The notes under the pieces were generated by a model. The model was not told where the DNA came from. It worked only from the letters and a program-made list of their open reading frames with translations, and did not search any database. This document shows, piece by piece, positions 19,638 to 29,300 of a DNA stretch of 64,000 nt (its first letter is position 1; every line of letters begins with the position of its first letter). Source of the stretch: an uncultured Bacilli bacterium (GTDB lineage: Bacteria > Bacillota_I > Bacilli_A > RF39 > UBA660). The translations under genes and the position numbers were made by a program. Location of the stretch: positions 785 to 64,784 of the forward strand of contig CANRDE010000002.1 in assembly GCA_947629325.1 (NCBI GenBank). Direction: 5' to 3'.

Positions 19638-20447
19638 ATGGATTATATAAAATATATTATTTTAGGTTTAATACAAGGAATTACAGAACCTTTACCTATA
19701 TCTAGTAGTGGCCATGTTTTCTTATTTAAAAATTTATTCGAAACTCAGATTTTTGAAGATTCTTTCATTTTTGAGATTATTTCTAATTTTGGTTCTTTTT
19801 TGGCAATTTTATTTATTTTTAGAAAAGATATTATTAAATTAATTAAAAATTTCTTTTCATTTCTTTTTAACAAAGAAAAACGTAATAATAATAAAGATGG
19901 CTTTTTATACATTATTAAATTGCTAGTAAGTACTATCCCCGTAGGAATAACAGGAATTTTATTTAATGATTACTTAGAAGCCCATTTTAATTCCGTTAAA
20001 TTATTAGGTTTTACTTTCCTATTTACCGCTTTAATGTTATACATTGTTCGAAATATTAAAGGAACTAAAGATAGTAAAGACATAACTTTTCTTGACGCTC
20101 TAATTATTGGTTTATTTCAAGCCATCACAATTATTCCCGGAATTAGTCGAAGCGGAACTGTTTTAGTAGCATGCTTAATATGTAAGTTAAAAAGAGACGA
20201 TGCCTTAAAATACACTTTTATGCTTTACTTTCCAGTTAGTTTAGGCACAATGCTTTTAAAAGCTCCTGATTTAATAAACGCTGAGGTATCCCTTTTACTT
20301 CCATATTTAATTGGAATGGTAGTAGCATTAATAGTGACTTACTTTTCATATCAATGGTTAAGTAACATTGTTAAAAAAGGAAAGCTATGGAAATTTTCAA
20401 TCTATTGTTTAATACTAGCATTATTTATTTTTATTTATTTTAGATAA
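19638..20447 (+). CDS. uppP: undecaprenyl-diphosphate phosphatase
   Basis: Motifs GITEPLPISSSGH and PGISRSG. The ATG at 19638 has AAGGTGA 5 nt upstream, whereas the ORF track begins at GTG 19629. Confidence 0.85.
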   Translation: MDYIKYIILGLIQGITEPLPISSSGHVFLFKNLFETQIFEDSFIFEIISNFGSFLAILFIFRKDIIKLIKNFFSFLFNKEKRNNNKDGFLYIIKLLVSTIPVGITGILFNDYLEAHFNSVKLLGFTFLFTALMLYIVRNIKGTKDSKDITFLDALIIGLFQAITIIPGISRSGTVLVACLICKLKRDDALKYTFMLYFPVSLGTMLLKAPDLINAEVSLLLPYLIGMVVALIVTYFSYQWLSNIVKKGKLWKFSIYCLILALFIFIYFR

Positions 20448-20562
20448 AAGGTCAAATAATATTATATTTGCCCTTTTTTATGATTTCAATTTGATACAAT
20501 TGTCTTTGTTTTTCCAAAATTATTATCCCCCTAATAAGATAATGTTACCCTCAATATTAAGA

Positions 20563-20586
20563 TTAAAAAAAGATGCTAATGCATCT
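20563..20586 (-). terminator. intrinsic terminator of the HD-domain gene
   Basis: Hairpin AGATGC/GCATCT (20570-20575 / 20581-20586) followed on the minus strand by T7. It overlaps the TAG stop. Confidence 0.5.
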
Positions 20587-21277
20587 ATAAGTTTTTATTT
20601 ATTCCTGTTATACAAGCTAAAACACTACTAAAACTATTTAATTCTCCTCCAATGGATATATATTTATCGGCAGAAGAAACAATTCTTCCCTCTTTATATT
20701 TACTTTTGCAAAATGAAAGATTTTTAAATTTAAAACGATTAGTAGATTTTAGAATAGATTTTTTAACATCTAAATTTAATTTTTTATATTTTTCCAAATT
20801 ATTCAATTCTAAATCATTAATATTGTTAATTGCTCTAACTGGAAAGGGATACATATGGTGGATTATGCCATCAACTAAAACATCTAAATCATTTCCAACA
20901 AAGTATTCTGGAAACCAGGTTGCAGCATTTATTACAGCCTCTATTGGATGGATAAATCCATGATAATTAACTTTCTTTCTTTTTTTTATAGAAGAATTTT
21001 GCCATGGCAATTCATATAAATCATGAAATAAAGCAATTAAAACTGCTGTTTTATAATTAACTTTCTTTTTTATTTTACACTTTTTATAAGTAATTATGGC
21101 ATCACAAATTAAGTGTCTTCCTAAACTGACATAACCATGATGAGGATAAACTTCTCTGTTATACCTCCTAATAAATTCTTCATGATTAATCACAGGAAAA
21201 ATAATATTTTTAAAAATCTCTTTGTCTTCTTCGGTAAATCTATAATATTGTAATAATTTTTCTATATCATCTATCAT
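20585..21277 (-). CDS. HD-domain phosphohydrolase
   Basis: 230 aa. Contains LGRHL, LFHDLYE and a HH pair spaced as in the HD superfamily. Confidence 0.6.
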   Translation of the reverse strand: MIDDIEKLLQYYRFTEEDKEIFKNIIFPVINHEEFIRRYNREVYPHHGYVSLGRHLICDAIITYKKCKIKKKVNYKTAVLIALFHDLYELPWQNSSIKKRKKVNYHGFIHPIEAVINAATWFPEYFVGNDLDVLVDGIIHHMYPFPVRAINNINDLELNNLEKYKKLNLDVKKSILKSTNRFKFKNLSFCKSKYKEGRIVSSADKYISIGGELNSFSSVLACITGINKNL

Positions 21278-21371
21278 TGTTACACCTATTTTAATTATAT
21301 ATTAAAAGAGAATAAAAATGTTAAAAAAGTATTATTTAAGAAAAATTATTACTAAAATTAGACATTTTTAA

Positions 21372-22604
21372 TTAAGACCAAATTCCTAAATAATATTTTT
21401 TCTTGCCCTTTTTAATTAAATATACCTTACCATCTATAGCTTTGTCTTTAGTTACTAAATAATTGTTATCCATTATTTTTTGATTATTCAAAGAAATAGC
21501 ATTATTACTAATTAACTCTCTAGCTTCTCTTTTGCTCGTACAAATATGGTTGTTGACTAATAAATCTTCTAAAGACATTTCACTATCTATTTTAAATTGC
21601 TCCATATCTTTAAAATTGTTCAATATATCTTCACTTGATAATTCATTTATTTTTTCTGTAAATAAAGCCTCACTCATCATTTCAGCTTTTTTAAACTCAT
21701 TACTGCCATGTAAGTCTGTAATAATGCATTTTGCTAACATTTTTTGGCCAATTCTTAGATGAGGCATTTTATTATGTTCAGAAACCGTATTCATAATTTC
21801 TTCTGGAGTTAAAAAAGTAAATACTTTTAAATAATGTTCAATTAAAGAATCATCTAAATTAATTAAATATTGATATAATTCATAACTAGTAGTTTTGTTT
21901 AAATCAAGCCATAAAGCATTACCTTCACTTTTACCGAATTTATTACCATTAGCATCTAAAATTAATGGCATTGTAAAAGCATATGCTTCTTTTCCCTCAA
22001 TTTTTTTAATTAAATCAATTCCTGTAGTAATATTTCCCCATTGATCGCTGCCTTCTACTTGCATTACACAATTATAATTTTTAAACATATGTAAAAAATC
22101 ATAGCCTTGAATTAACATATAACTAAATTCGGCATAAGTAATTCCTGTTTCTAGTCTTCTATCAATAATATCTTTAGCTAACATATAATTAACATTAATA
22201 TATTTACCAATATCTCTTAAGAAATCTAAAAATTCATAGCCTTTGAACCAATCATAATTATTTACTAAAAGTGCTTGACCATCAAATATCTTATCAATTT
22301 GTTTTCTAATACATTCAACATTTTTATCAATTTCTTCTAAACTGATTATTTCTCTTTCTGCAGTAGGGCGAGGATCACCAATTCTACCTGTCGCTCCCCC
22401 ACATAATAAAATTGGCTTATGCCCCATTTTCATCAGTCTTTTAGCAGTTACTAAAGAGGAATAATGCCCCAAATGTAAACTATCGGCTGTTGGATCAGTT
22501 CCCCAATAGAAAGTAACTCCCTTTCCATTAATTAATTTTTCAATATCTTCGCCAGCTACGTCTTTAACTAACCCTCTCCATTTTAATTCTTCCCAATTTG
22601 TCAT
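21372..22604 (-). CDS. tyrS: tyrosine--tRNA ligase
   Basis: 410 aa. Class I HIGH variant SLHLGH, KMSKS variant KFGKS, and a C-terminal S4-like domain. A T-box leader lies upstream. Confidence 0.95.
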   Translation of the reverse strand: MTNWEELKWRGLVKDVAGEDIEKLINGKGVTFYWGTDPTADSLHLGHYSSLVTAKRLMKMGHKPILLCGGATGRIGDPRPTAEREIISLEEIDKNVECIRKQIDKIFDGQALLVNNYDWFKGYEFLDFLRDIGKYINVNYMLAKDIIDRRLETGITYAEFSYMLIQGYDFLHMFKNYNCVMQVEGSDQWGNITTGIDLIKKIEGKEAYAFTMPLILDANGNKFGKSEGNALWLDLNKTTSYELYQYLINLDDSLIEHYLKVFTFLTPEEIMNTVSEHNKMPHLRIGQKMLAKCIITDLHGSNEFKKAEMMSEALFTEKINELSSEDILNNFKDMEQFKIDSEMSLEDLLVNNHICTSKREARELISNNAISLNNQKIMDNNYLVTKDKAIDGKVYLIKKGKKKYYLGIWS

Positions 22605-22763
22605 TTTATATCTCCTTTTTATTTAAATAAAAAAATTCAAAAATCAAGATAAGGACGAGTTTCCCCGCGGTACCACCTTAATTTATGAATTAATTCATAC
22701 TCTTTCTTACTATATCGTTGTAAACGTTTTAGCTCCGGAGTTGTAAATTCCTTCATCACTAAT
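22605..22763 (-). promoter_or_regulatory. T-box leader (tyrosine-specific) of tyrS
   Basis: The minus strand reads AAGGTGGTACCGCGGGG (about 22663-22679), which is the conserved T-box sequence with UGGU complementary to an ACCA tRNA end. It is preceded by hairpin TATGAATT/AATTCATA. A K-turn-like GTGATGA and the UAC Tyr codon (in GAAUUUACAAC) lie near the 5' end. I could not fold the expression platform by eye. Confidence 0.7.
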
Positions 22764-22769
22764 AATTAA

Positions 22770-22798
22770 ATTATAAAATAATATTTTTTATAAATCAA
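22770..22798 (-). promoter_or_regulatory. promoter of the tyrS leader (TTGATT-17-TATAAT)
   Basis: On the minus strand the -10 TATAAT is at 22775..22770. The -35 TTGATT is at 22798..22793, inside the last codons of yebC. Confidence 0.45.
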
Positions 22799-23510
22799 TG
22801 TCAACATTATGAAATATCTCAGTAACGTCATCAATTGCATCTAGCATATTATAAAGTTTTTTAAATATCTCTAAATCTTCTTGACTTAATTGTACTTTAT
22901 CTTTTGGAAACATTCCAATTTGATCTATTTCATAATCAACGCTTGGTAATATTTTCTCAATAACATCTTTTACTTTGTCATGATCATTTGGTTTCATTGT
23001 TATTGTTATTTCATCATTTTCCGTTTCAAAATCAATTATTTCAATTCCTTCATTTAATAGGGCCTCAAATATTTTATCACTTTCTGGTGATTTAAATGTA
23101 AGTATGCCTATATAATCATAATTATAAGAAACTGAATTAGTTACTCCTAAACTTTTACCAACTTTATTAAAGGCTGCTCTTACTTCACCAACTGTTCTAT
23201 TGACATTGTCGGTTAATGTTTTAATAATAAGAGTTGAAGCTCCTGGGCCAAAACCTTCATAGACTATTTCTTGATAATCTTCGCCCCCAACACCTTTAGC
23301 TTTTTCAATAGCCCTATTTATAATATCGCTTGGTACTTGTTGCTTTTTAGCTTTTTCAATAACTCTCTTTAAAGTTATATTAGCATCAGGATCAGGTAAT
23401 CCCTTTTTAGCAGCTAAATAAATTTCTTTAGCAAAAGTAGTATAAATCTTTCCTCTTGCAGCTCCTGTTTTTTGAATACTATATTTTCTTACTTCATATG
23501 CTCTTCCCAT
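22788..23510 (-). CDS. yebC: YebC/PmpR-family transcriptional regulator
   Basis: 240 aa. Contains MGRAYEVRK...GKIYT and AKK..(V/M)P.D.I.RAI, as in the YebC family. Confidence 0.9.
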   Translation of the reverse strand: MGRAYEVRKYSIQKTGAARGKIYTTFAKEIYLAAKKGLPDPDANITLKRVIEKAKKQQVPSDIINRAIEKAKGVGGEDYQEIVYEGFGPGASTLIIKTLTDNVNRTVGEVRAAFNKVGKSLGVTNSVSYNYDYIGILTFKSPESDKIFEALLNEGIEIIDFETENDEITITMKPNDHDKVKDVIEKILPSVDYEIDQIGMFPKDKVQLSQEDLEIFKKLYNMLDAIDDVTEIFHNVDIDL

Positions 23511-23518
23511 AAATCCTC

Positions 23519-24562
23519 CTAAATAATTTTCAAACTTTTGATAAATTCATATATAAAATGTTTACTTTTCGTATTTTTCTTAACATAATTTATTTCTTTA
23601 AAAATACTATAAATACTAAAATAAGTTTTTTTCTCTTTTAACAGCATATATTCTAATGATTTTATAATTGCATCCTTATTATTAGAAACATTAAAATATT
23701 TTTTTATCTTTTTTAATAAATTATCATCTACTCCCCTTGCTAAAGTATTATACACTATAAGTGGATATTTTTTAAAGATAAAATTATCACCATCATATTT
23801 TTTTAATACTTTTAAAGTATCATAATATCCTAATTTAATATTTTCATTAATTTTACTTTTATTGACACTTAATGTACTTCCTAAAAATTTGGAAGGAACT
23901 ATTCTAATTACCTTTGAGGAATCTTTTACTTTTTTCTTGAATCCAAGGCCTTGAACTTCAACCGAATATATTTTATCGTATCCTTTATCAATCAACATAT
24001 TAATAGGATTATTATCATAAAATCCGCCATCAAGATAATATTTATTATCAATATATTTTTCCATTTTAAATAAAGGTAAATTACAGCTAGCTAAAATATA
24101 TTCAGCCATTTTGCCTTTTTTCATATCTTCCTTAAATAAATATAAAGGTTTTAAATCCTGAACACGCAAAGTAACTAAACCATAATCCATCTTACTTTTT
24201 CTAATTGCCTCTTCATCAATCAAATTATTTAATAACTTTTTGAGTTTATTTAAATCAATTCCTTTATTTTTTACAATAGTAGATAATTCCTCAATACCAT
24301 AAATAAATTCTTTAAAATATTCTTGATTATTAACACTTTCGGTAAATTCAGAATTAAAGTTTAATAATTCTCCTACGTTAACATTTTTCCAAAAATCATA
24401 TAATACATCTTCTTTACCACTAACAATCATAGCGGCATTAAATGATCCAATTGAAGTGCCTACAATTCCATCAACTTTTATTCCACATTTTTTAAAAGCC
24501 AAATAAGATCCTATTTGATACGATCCTTTTACGCCACCTCCAGCTAGTACTAAACCCGTCAT
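23519..24562 (-). CDS. patatin-like phospholipase
   Basis: 347 aa. GGGVKGSYQIG oxyanion motif, GTSIGS nucleophile elbow and a DGG(F) Asp motif. Confidence 0.8.
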   Translation of the reverse strand: MTGLVLAGGGVKGSYQIGSYLAFKKCGIKVDGIVGTSIGSFNAAMIVSGKEDVLYDFWKNVNVGELLNFNSEFTESVNNQEYFKEFIYGIEELSTIVKNKGIDLNKLKKLLNNLIDEEAIRKSKMDYGLVTLRVQDLKPLYLFKEDMKKGKMAEYILASCNLPLFKMEKYIDNKYYLDGGFYDNNPINMLIDKGYDKIYSVEVQGLGFKKKVKDSSKVIRIVPSKFLGSTLSVNKSKINENIKLGYYDTLKVLKKYDGDNFIFKKYPLIVYNTLARGVDDNLLKKIKKYFNVSNNKDAIIKSLEYMLLKEKKTYFSIYSIFKEINYVKKNTKSKHFIYEFIKSLKII

Positions 24563-24574
24563 TTACATCACCTT

Positions 24575-25504
24575 TTATTCTTTATTTTTAAAATATAATA
24601 ATGGTTTTGCTAATAATTTTCTAATAATTCTTTTTTTACCTTTCTTTTCTAATCTTCTATAATAATTATATAATGAATCATTTCGATAATGAATTAAATC
24701 TTCTAAAGCATCACTATCATTTAAAATTGGACTTTTAAAATTCTTTTCTAAAAATATTCTGGATAATACATAGCGAAAACTTAAACCATTATATTTCAAA
24801 ATATTTTTTAATATTTCATTATAAACAACTCTACCGCCACTTCCTAGGCCAACATTAAAGACTTTTTTATTCAACTCTTTTTGATGTTCAATTGCCTTTA
24901 CAAAAGCATAAGCAGCATCTTTATCAGTCGTAACTTCTACCACTAAATTTCGCTTTACCCCAAATATAAAAGCCTCATTATTAATATTATTTAATACGAT
25001 TGGTAATCTTAATATAGTATAATTTTTTAATTTATTTTTTATTAAACACTCGGTATTATATTTACTAAAACTATAATTATTTAAATCACTTTCTATTATT
25101 TTTTCATTAACACTACCTGTTAAACTATTATCATAAACACATGTAGTAGATGCATATATTAAAAAACACTTCTCATTATAATAGTTTATTGCTTTAATTA
25201 TATTTTCAGTCCCTTTATATTCTACAATTTCTCCTAAACTTTTACTAAATTCTCCTAAAGGGGGCATTATGCCTGCTAAATGAATAATATAATCATGATC
25301 TCTGACTAAAGCCTCCATTAATACAGAGTCACCAATATCCCCATATATAATATTTATTCTTCGATTATATTTTTTTAATCTTTTTTGAGTCTTTTTATTC
25401 TTTAAATCTAACGCTGTAATTTCATATTTTCCTTCACTTAATAAATATTTTATTACATAAAGGCCAATACTACCTGCAGCTCCTGTAACCAATACTTTCT
25501 TCAT
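24575..25504 (-). CDS. NAD-dependent epimerase/dehydratase-family protein
   Basis: 309 aa. N-terminal VTGAAGSIG Rossmann motif and a YSFSK (YxxxK) catalytic motif. Confidence 0.75.
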   Translation of the reverse strand: MKKVLVTGAAGSIGLYVIKYLLSEGKYEITALDLKNKKTQKRLKKYNRRINIIYGDIGDSVLMEALVRDHDYIIHLAGIMPPLGEFSKSLGEIVEYKGTENIIKAINYYNEKCFLIYASTTCVYDNSLTGSVNEKIIESDLNNYSFSKYNTECLIKNKLKNYTILRLPIVLNNINNEAFIFGVKRNLVVEVTTDKDAAYAFVKAIEHQKELNKKVFNVGLGSGGRVVYNEILKNILKYNGLSFRYVLSRIFLEKNFKSPILNDSDALEDLIHYRNDSLYNYYRRLEKKGKKRIIRKLLAKPLLYFKNKE

Positions 25505-25520
25505 TTCATCACCAAACTAT

Positions 25521-26261
25521 TTATATTAGATAAGTAAATAATAATATTACTATCCCTATCATTATACCATATAATGTCATTTTTTTCCTAAAAGAAGATT
25601 TAATTTCATTAAATAATTCAAAAATTAAAATATATAACAACATCCCGAATGTTAATGATAACAAAATATCTATTACAGCTTTATTTAAATTGCCAAAAAT
25701 AATAATTATCAAACTCCCAACCAAAGAGCTTAAACATAAAAATAATATTAGCAATTTACTATATTTCTTATTTTCTAAAGAATTACCAATTTGAAAACCT
25801 AAAGGAATATTATGAAAAGAAATACTGACCATCATAAGTAAACCAAATTTTATACTATTTAAGGTTATACTATAAAGAGTTAATCCCTCTAACATATTAT
25901 GAATAGCTAAAGCCAAAATTGTTATTATCCCAATATGATTTAAATGTAAATCATGATCATTTTTATCACAATGTTTTTCAGTATGTTCATGATGATGATG
26001 AGGGATTAACTTATCTAAAAAAATTAATATAAAAAATCCTAAACATACAGGAATTATTAAATAAATTTTATGAGTTTCTATTATTTCAGGTAATAAATCA
26101 AACAATAATAATCCTAGCATAACAACAAATGCCAAAGAAATAGTAAATAATGATAATGACTCTTTATTTTTGGCTTTTCGCAATGCCAATATGCCAATTA
26201 AAAAAAATAAACCTGTTAAAGTTGTAAAAATAAGCCCCAGTAACATTTCATAAATCACCAT
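25521..26261 (-). CDS. ZIP-family divalent metal transporter with a His-rich loop
   Basis: 246 aa, polytopic. Contains HNMLEGL and HNIPLGFQIG, plus the loop HHHHEHTEKHCDKNDHDLH. Confidence 0.75.
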   Translation of the reverse strand: MVIYEMLLGLIFTTLTGLFFLIGILALRKAKNKESLSLFTISLAFVVMLGLLLFDLLPEIIETHKIYLIIPVCLGFFILIFLDKLIPHHHHEHTEKHCDKNDHDLHLNHIGIITILALAIHNMLEGLTLYSITLNSIKFGLLMMVSISFHNIPLGFQIGNSLENKKYSKLLILFLCLSSLVGSLIIIIFGNLNKAVIDILLSLTFGMLLYILIFELFNEIKSSFRKKMTLYGIMIGIVILLFTYLI

Positions 26262-26330
26262 TTAAATTCTAACATTAATAGTAAATAAATAAAAGTATTT
26301 TTGGCTCATTTTCCCTTTTAATATTCCAAA

Positions 26331-26360
26331 AGAAAAAGTAGAATACTTTCTACTTTTTCT
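26331..26360 (-). terminator. hairpin terminator after the giant repeat gene
   Basis: AGAAAAAGTAGAA (26331-26343) pairs with TTCTACTTTTTCT (26348-26360), 4 nt past the stop codon. Confidence 0.45.
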
Positions 26361-26364
26361 CATA

Positions 26365-29300
26365 TTATCCTTCTTTTATTCTTTCACATGCTATTACGCT
26401 GAATTTCAAATTACCTTCTAAACTTTTACCAGCGTTAATAGTTTGATCATAATTACGATAATTTCTAAATAATAGTTTTACATCCCAATTTTGATCTGTA
26501 ATACTATTAGTTTTAACATTATTCTCGATTGTGAAAGTACCTAATTTATATTCTTTATTTTTAATTTCAACTAAATCAAGTCTATAAACTTTAGGTATCA
26601 TATTATTGTTATTTTCTTCAAAACCATTTATTTGTAAAATCAATTGTTCTTTTAAAGTACCATCACGATGTCTATTTTCAAAAGTATTTTTAATGGTTGT
26701 AAAGGTTGCCTCGTATGTACATCTAGTTATATCAGCATAAGATTGTAAAGAAACCTTAGAACGACTTTTATTACTTTCAAGTTCGATATATTCACTATCT
26801 CCTACTTTATCTTTAAGCATATCTTCTCTTTTGATATAAAGATTTACATTAGAGGTATTCATTACAGTAATTAAAGCATCAACTTTATCATCGTCATCGT
26901 CAGTTTCATGAGGTGGTTTATCATCACAATTTTTATCACATATTCCATCTCCATTAGTATCGATATTCTTATCCGGAATACCATCAGTTTCCGCTTTAAC
27001 GTCTGGATCGCCATCACCATCTGTATCGATATCAATATTTGGTTCAGGAGTAGTATCAATATTTAAATCGGCATCGCCGTCACCATCAACATCCACGTTA
27101 ATATCTGGCTTTTTATCTCCGTTAGTATCGATATTTAAATCTGGTAGACCATTTTTATTAGTATCGCAATTTAAATCACATTTGCCATCTTTATTAGTAT
27201 CAATATTAACATCGGGATTACCATCGCCATTTACATCACAATTTAAATCACATTCGCCATTAGTTTCCGCTTTAACATCCGGTAAACCATCACCATCTGT
27301 ATCAATATCCATATTTGGTACTTTAGTTACATCAATATTTAAATCGGGTTTTCTATCATTATTAGTATCTATATTGATATCTGGTTTTTTATCTCCATTA
27401 GTATCAATATTTAAATCTGGTAAACCATTATTATCCGTATCTATATTAATATCTGGTATTGAATCATTATTGGTATCTATATTGGTGTCTGGATTGCCAT
27501 CGCCATTTACATCACAATTTAAATCACATTTTCCATCATTATTGGTATCAATATTTAAATCGGGTTGACCATCACCATTGGTATCGACATTTTTATCAGC
27601 TTTACCATCAGTTTCTGCTTTGACATCCGGATCTCCATCACCATCAGTATCAATAGAAATGTTAGGAATTGGTGTTGTATCAACATTTACATCTGGTTTA
27701 TTATCACCATTTGTATCTATGTTGATGTCTGGTTTTTTATCTCCATTAGTATCAATATTTAAATCGGGTAAACCATTATTATCCGTATCTATATTAATAT
27801 CTGGTATTGAATCATTATTGGTATCTATATTGATATCTGGATTACCATCGCCATTTACATCACAATTTAAATCACATTTGCCATCAGTCTCGGCTTCAAC
27901 ATCTTTTTTACCATCGCCGTTTGTATCAATTTCGATATTTTTTTCAACGTTTCTATCAACATTTAAATCTGGTTTTTTATCTCCATTAGTATCACAATTT
28001 AAATCACATTTACCATCGGAATTAGTATCAATGTTTAAATCTGGTTTCATATTACCATCAGTATCAACATTAATATCGGGATTACCATCACCATCTATAT
28101 CAACATTAACATCGGGATAGCCATCTTTATTGACATCACAATTAAGATCACATTTACCATCTTTATTGGTATCTTGATTAGTTTTATTTTTATCAGGAAT
28201 ACCATCGGTTTCAGCATCAATGTCCGGATTGCCATCGCCATTAGTGTCTAGACCCATATTATGGTCAACTTGAGTATCTACATTAACATCTGGTTTGCCA
28301 TCCTTATCAATATCAATATTAATATCAGGAACACCATTATTATCGGTATCAATATTTAAATCAGGAAGCATATTATTATTCGCATCAATATTTATATCTG
28401 GTTTTAAATCATCATTAATATCGATATTATAATCCGGTACTAAATCACCATTTATATCACAATTAACATCGCATCTTTTATCCCCATCAGTATCAATATT
28501 AACATCCGGAATATTGTCGCCATCGATATCACAATTTAAATCACATCTACCGTCTTTATTGGTATCTTGATTTACTATATTTTTATCAGGGGTACCATCG
28601 GTTTCGGCTTCAACATCTTTTTTGCCATCCCCATTAGTGTCAATCATCATATTCTTATCAACATTGGTATCTATATTAATATCTGGTTTACCATCACCAT
28701 TAACATCAACATTAATATCTGGTTTACCATCAGAATTAGTATCAATATTTAAGTCTGGTTTCATATTACCATTATTATCAACATTAACATCTGGTTTGCC
28801 ATCACCATCTATATCAACATTAACATCTGGCCAACCGTCTTTATTAACATCACAATTAAGATTGCATTTACCATCGCCATCAGTGTCTTGATTAGTTAAA
28901 TTTTTATTTGGTTTACCATCATCATCCGTATCAACATTGATGTCTGGATTTAAATCATGATCATAATCAATATTTAAATCTGGAACACCATTTTTATCAG
29001 TATCAACATTTACATCCGGTTTGCCATCCCCATTAGTATCAATATTAACATCTGGAATATTATCATTGTTTATATCACAATTTAAATCACATCTACCATC
29101 TTTATTGGTATCTTGATTTAATTTGTTTTTATCTGGTTTACCATCAGTTTCCGCTTTTACATCATTTTTACCATCACCATTAGTATCGATATCGGTTTCT
29201 TTGTCTACACTTGTATCAATATTATAATCTGGTTTATTATCTCCATCAATATCTATATTAATATCTGGTTTGCCATCGGAATTAGTATCAATATTTAAGT

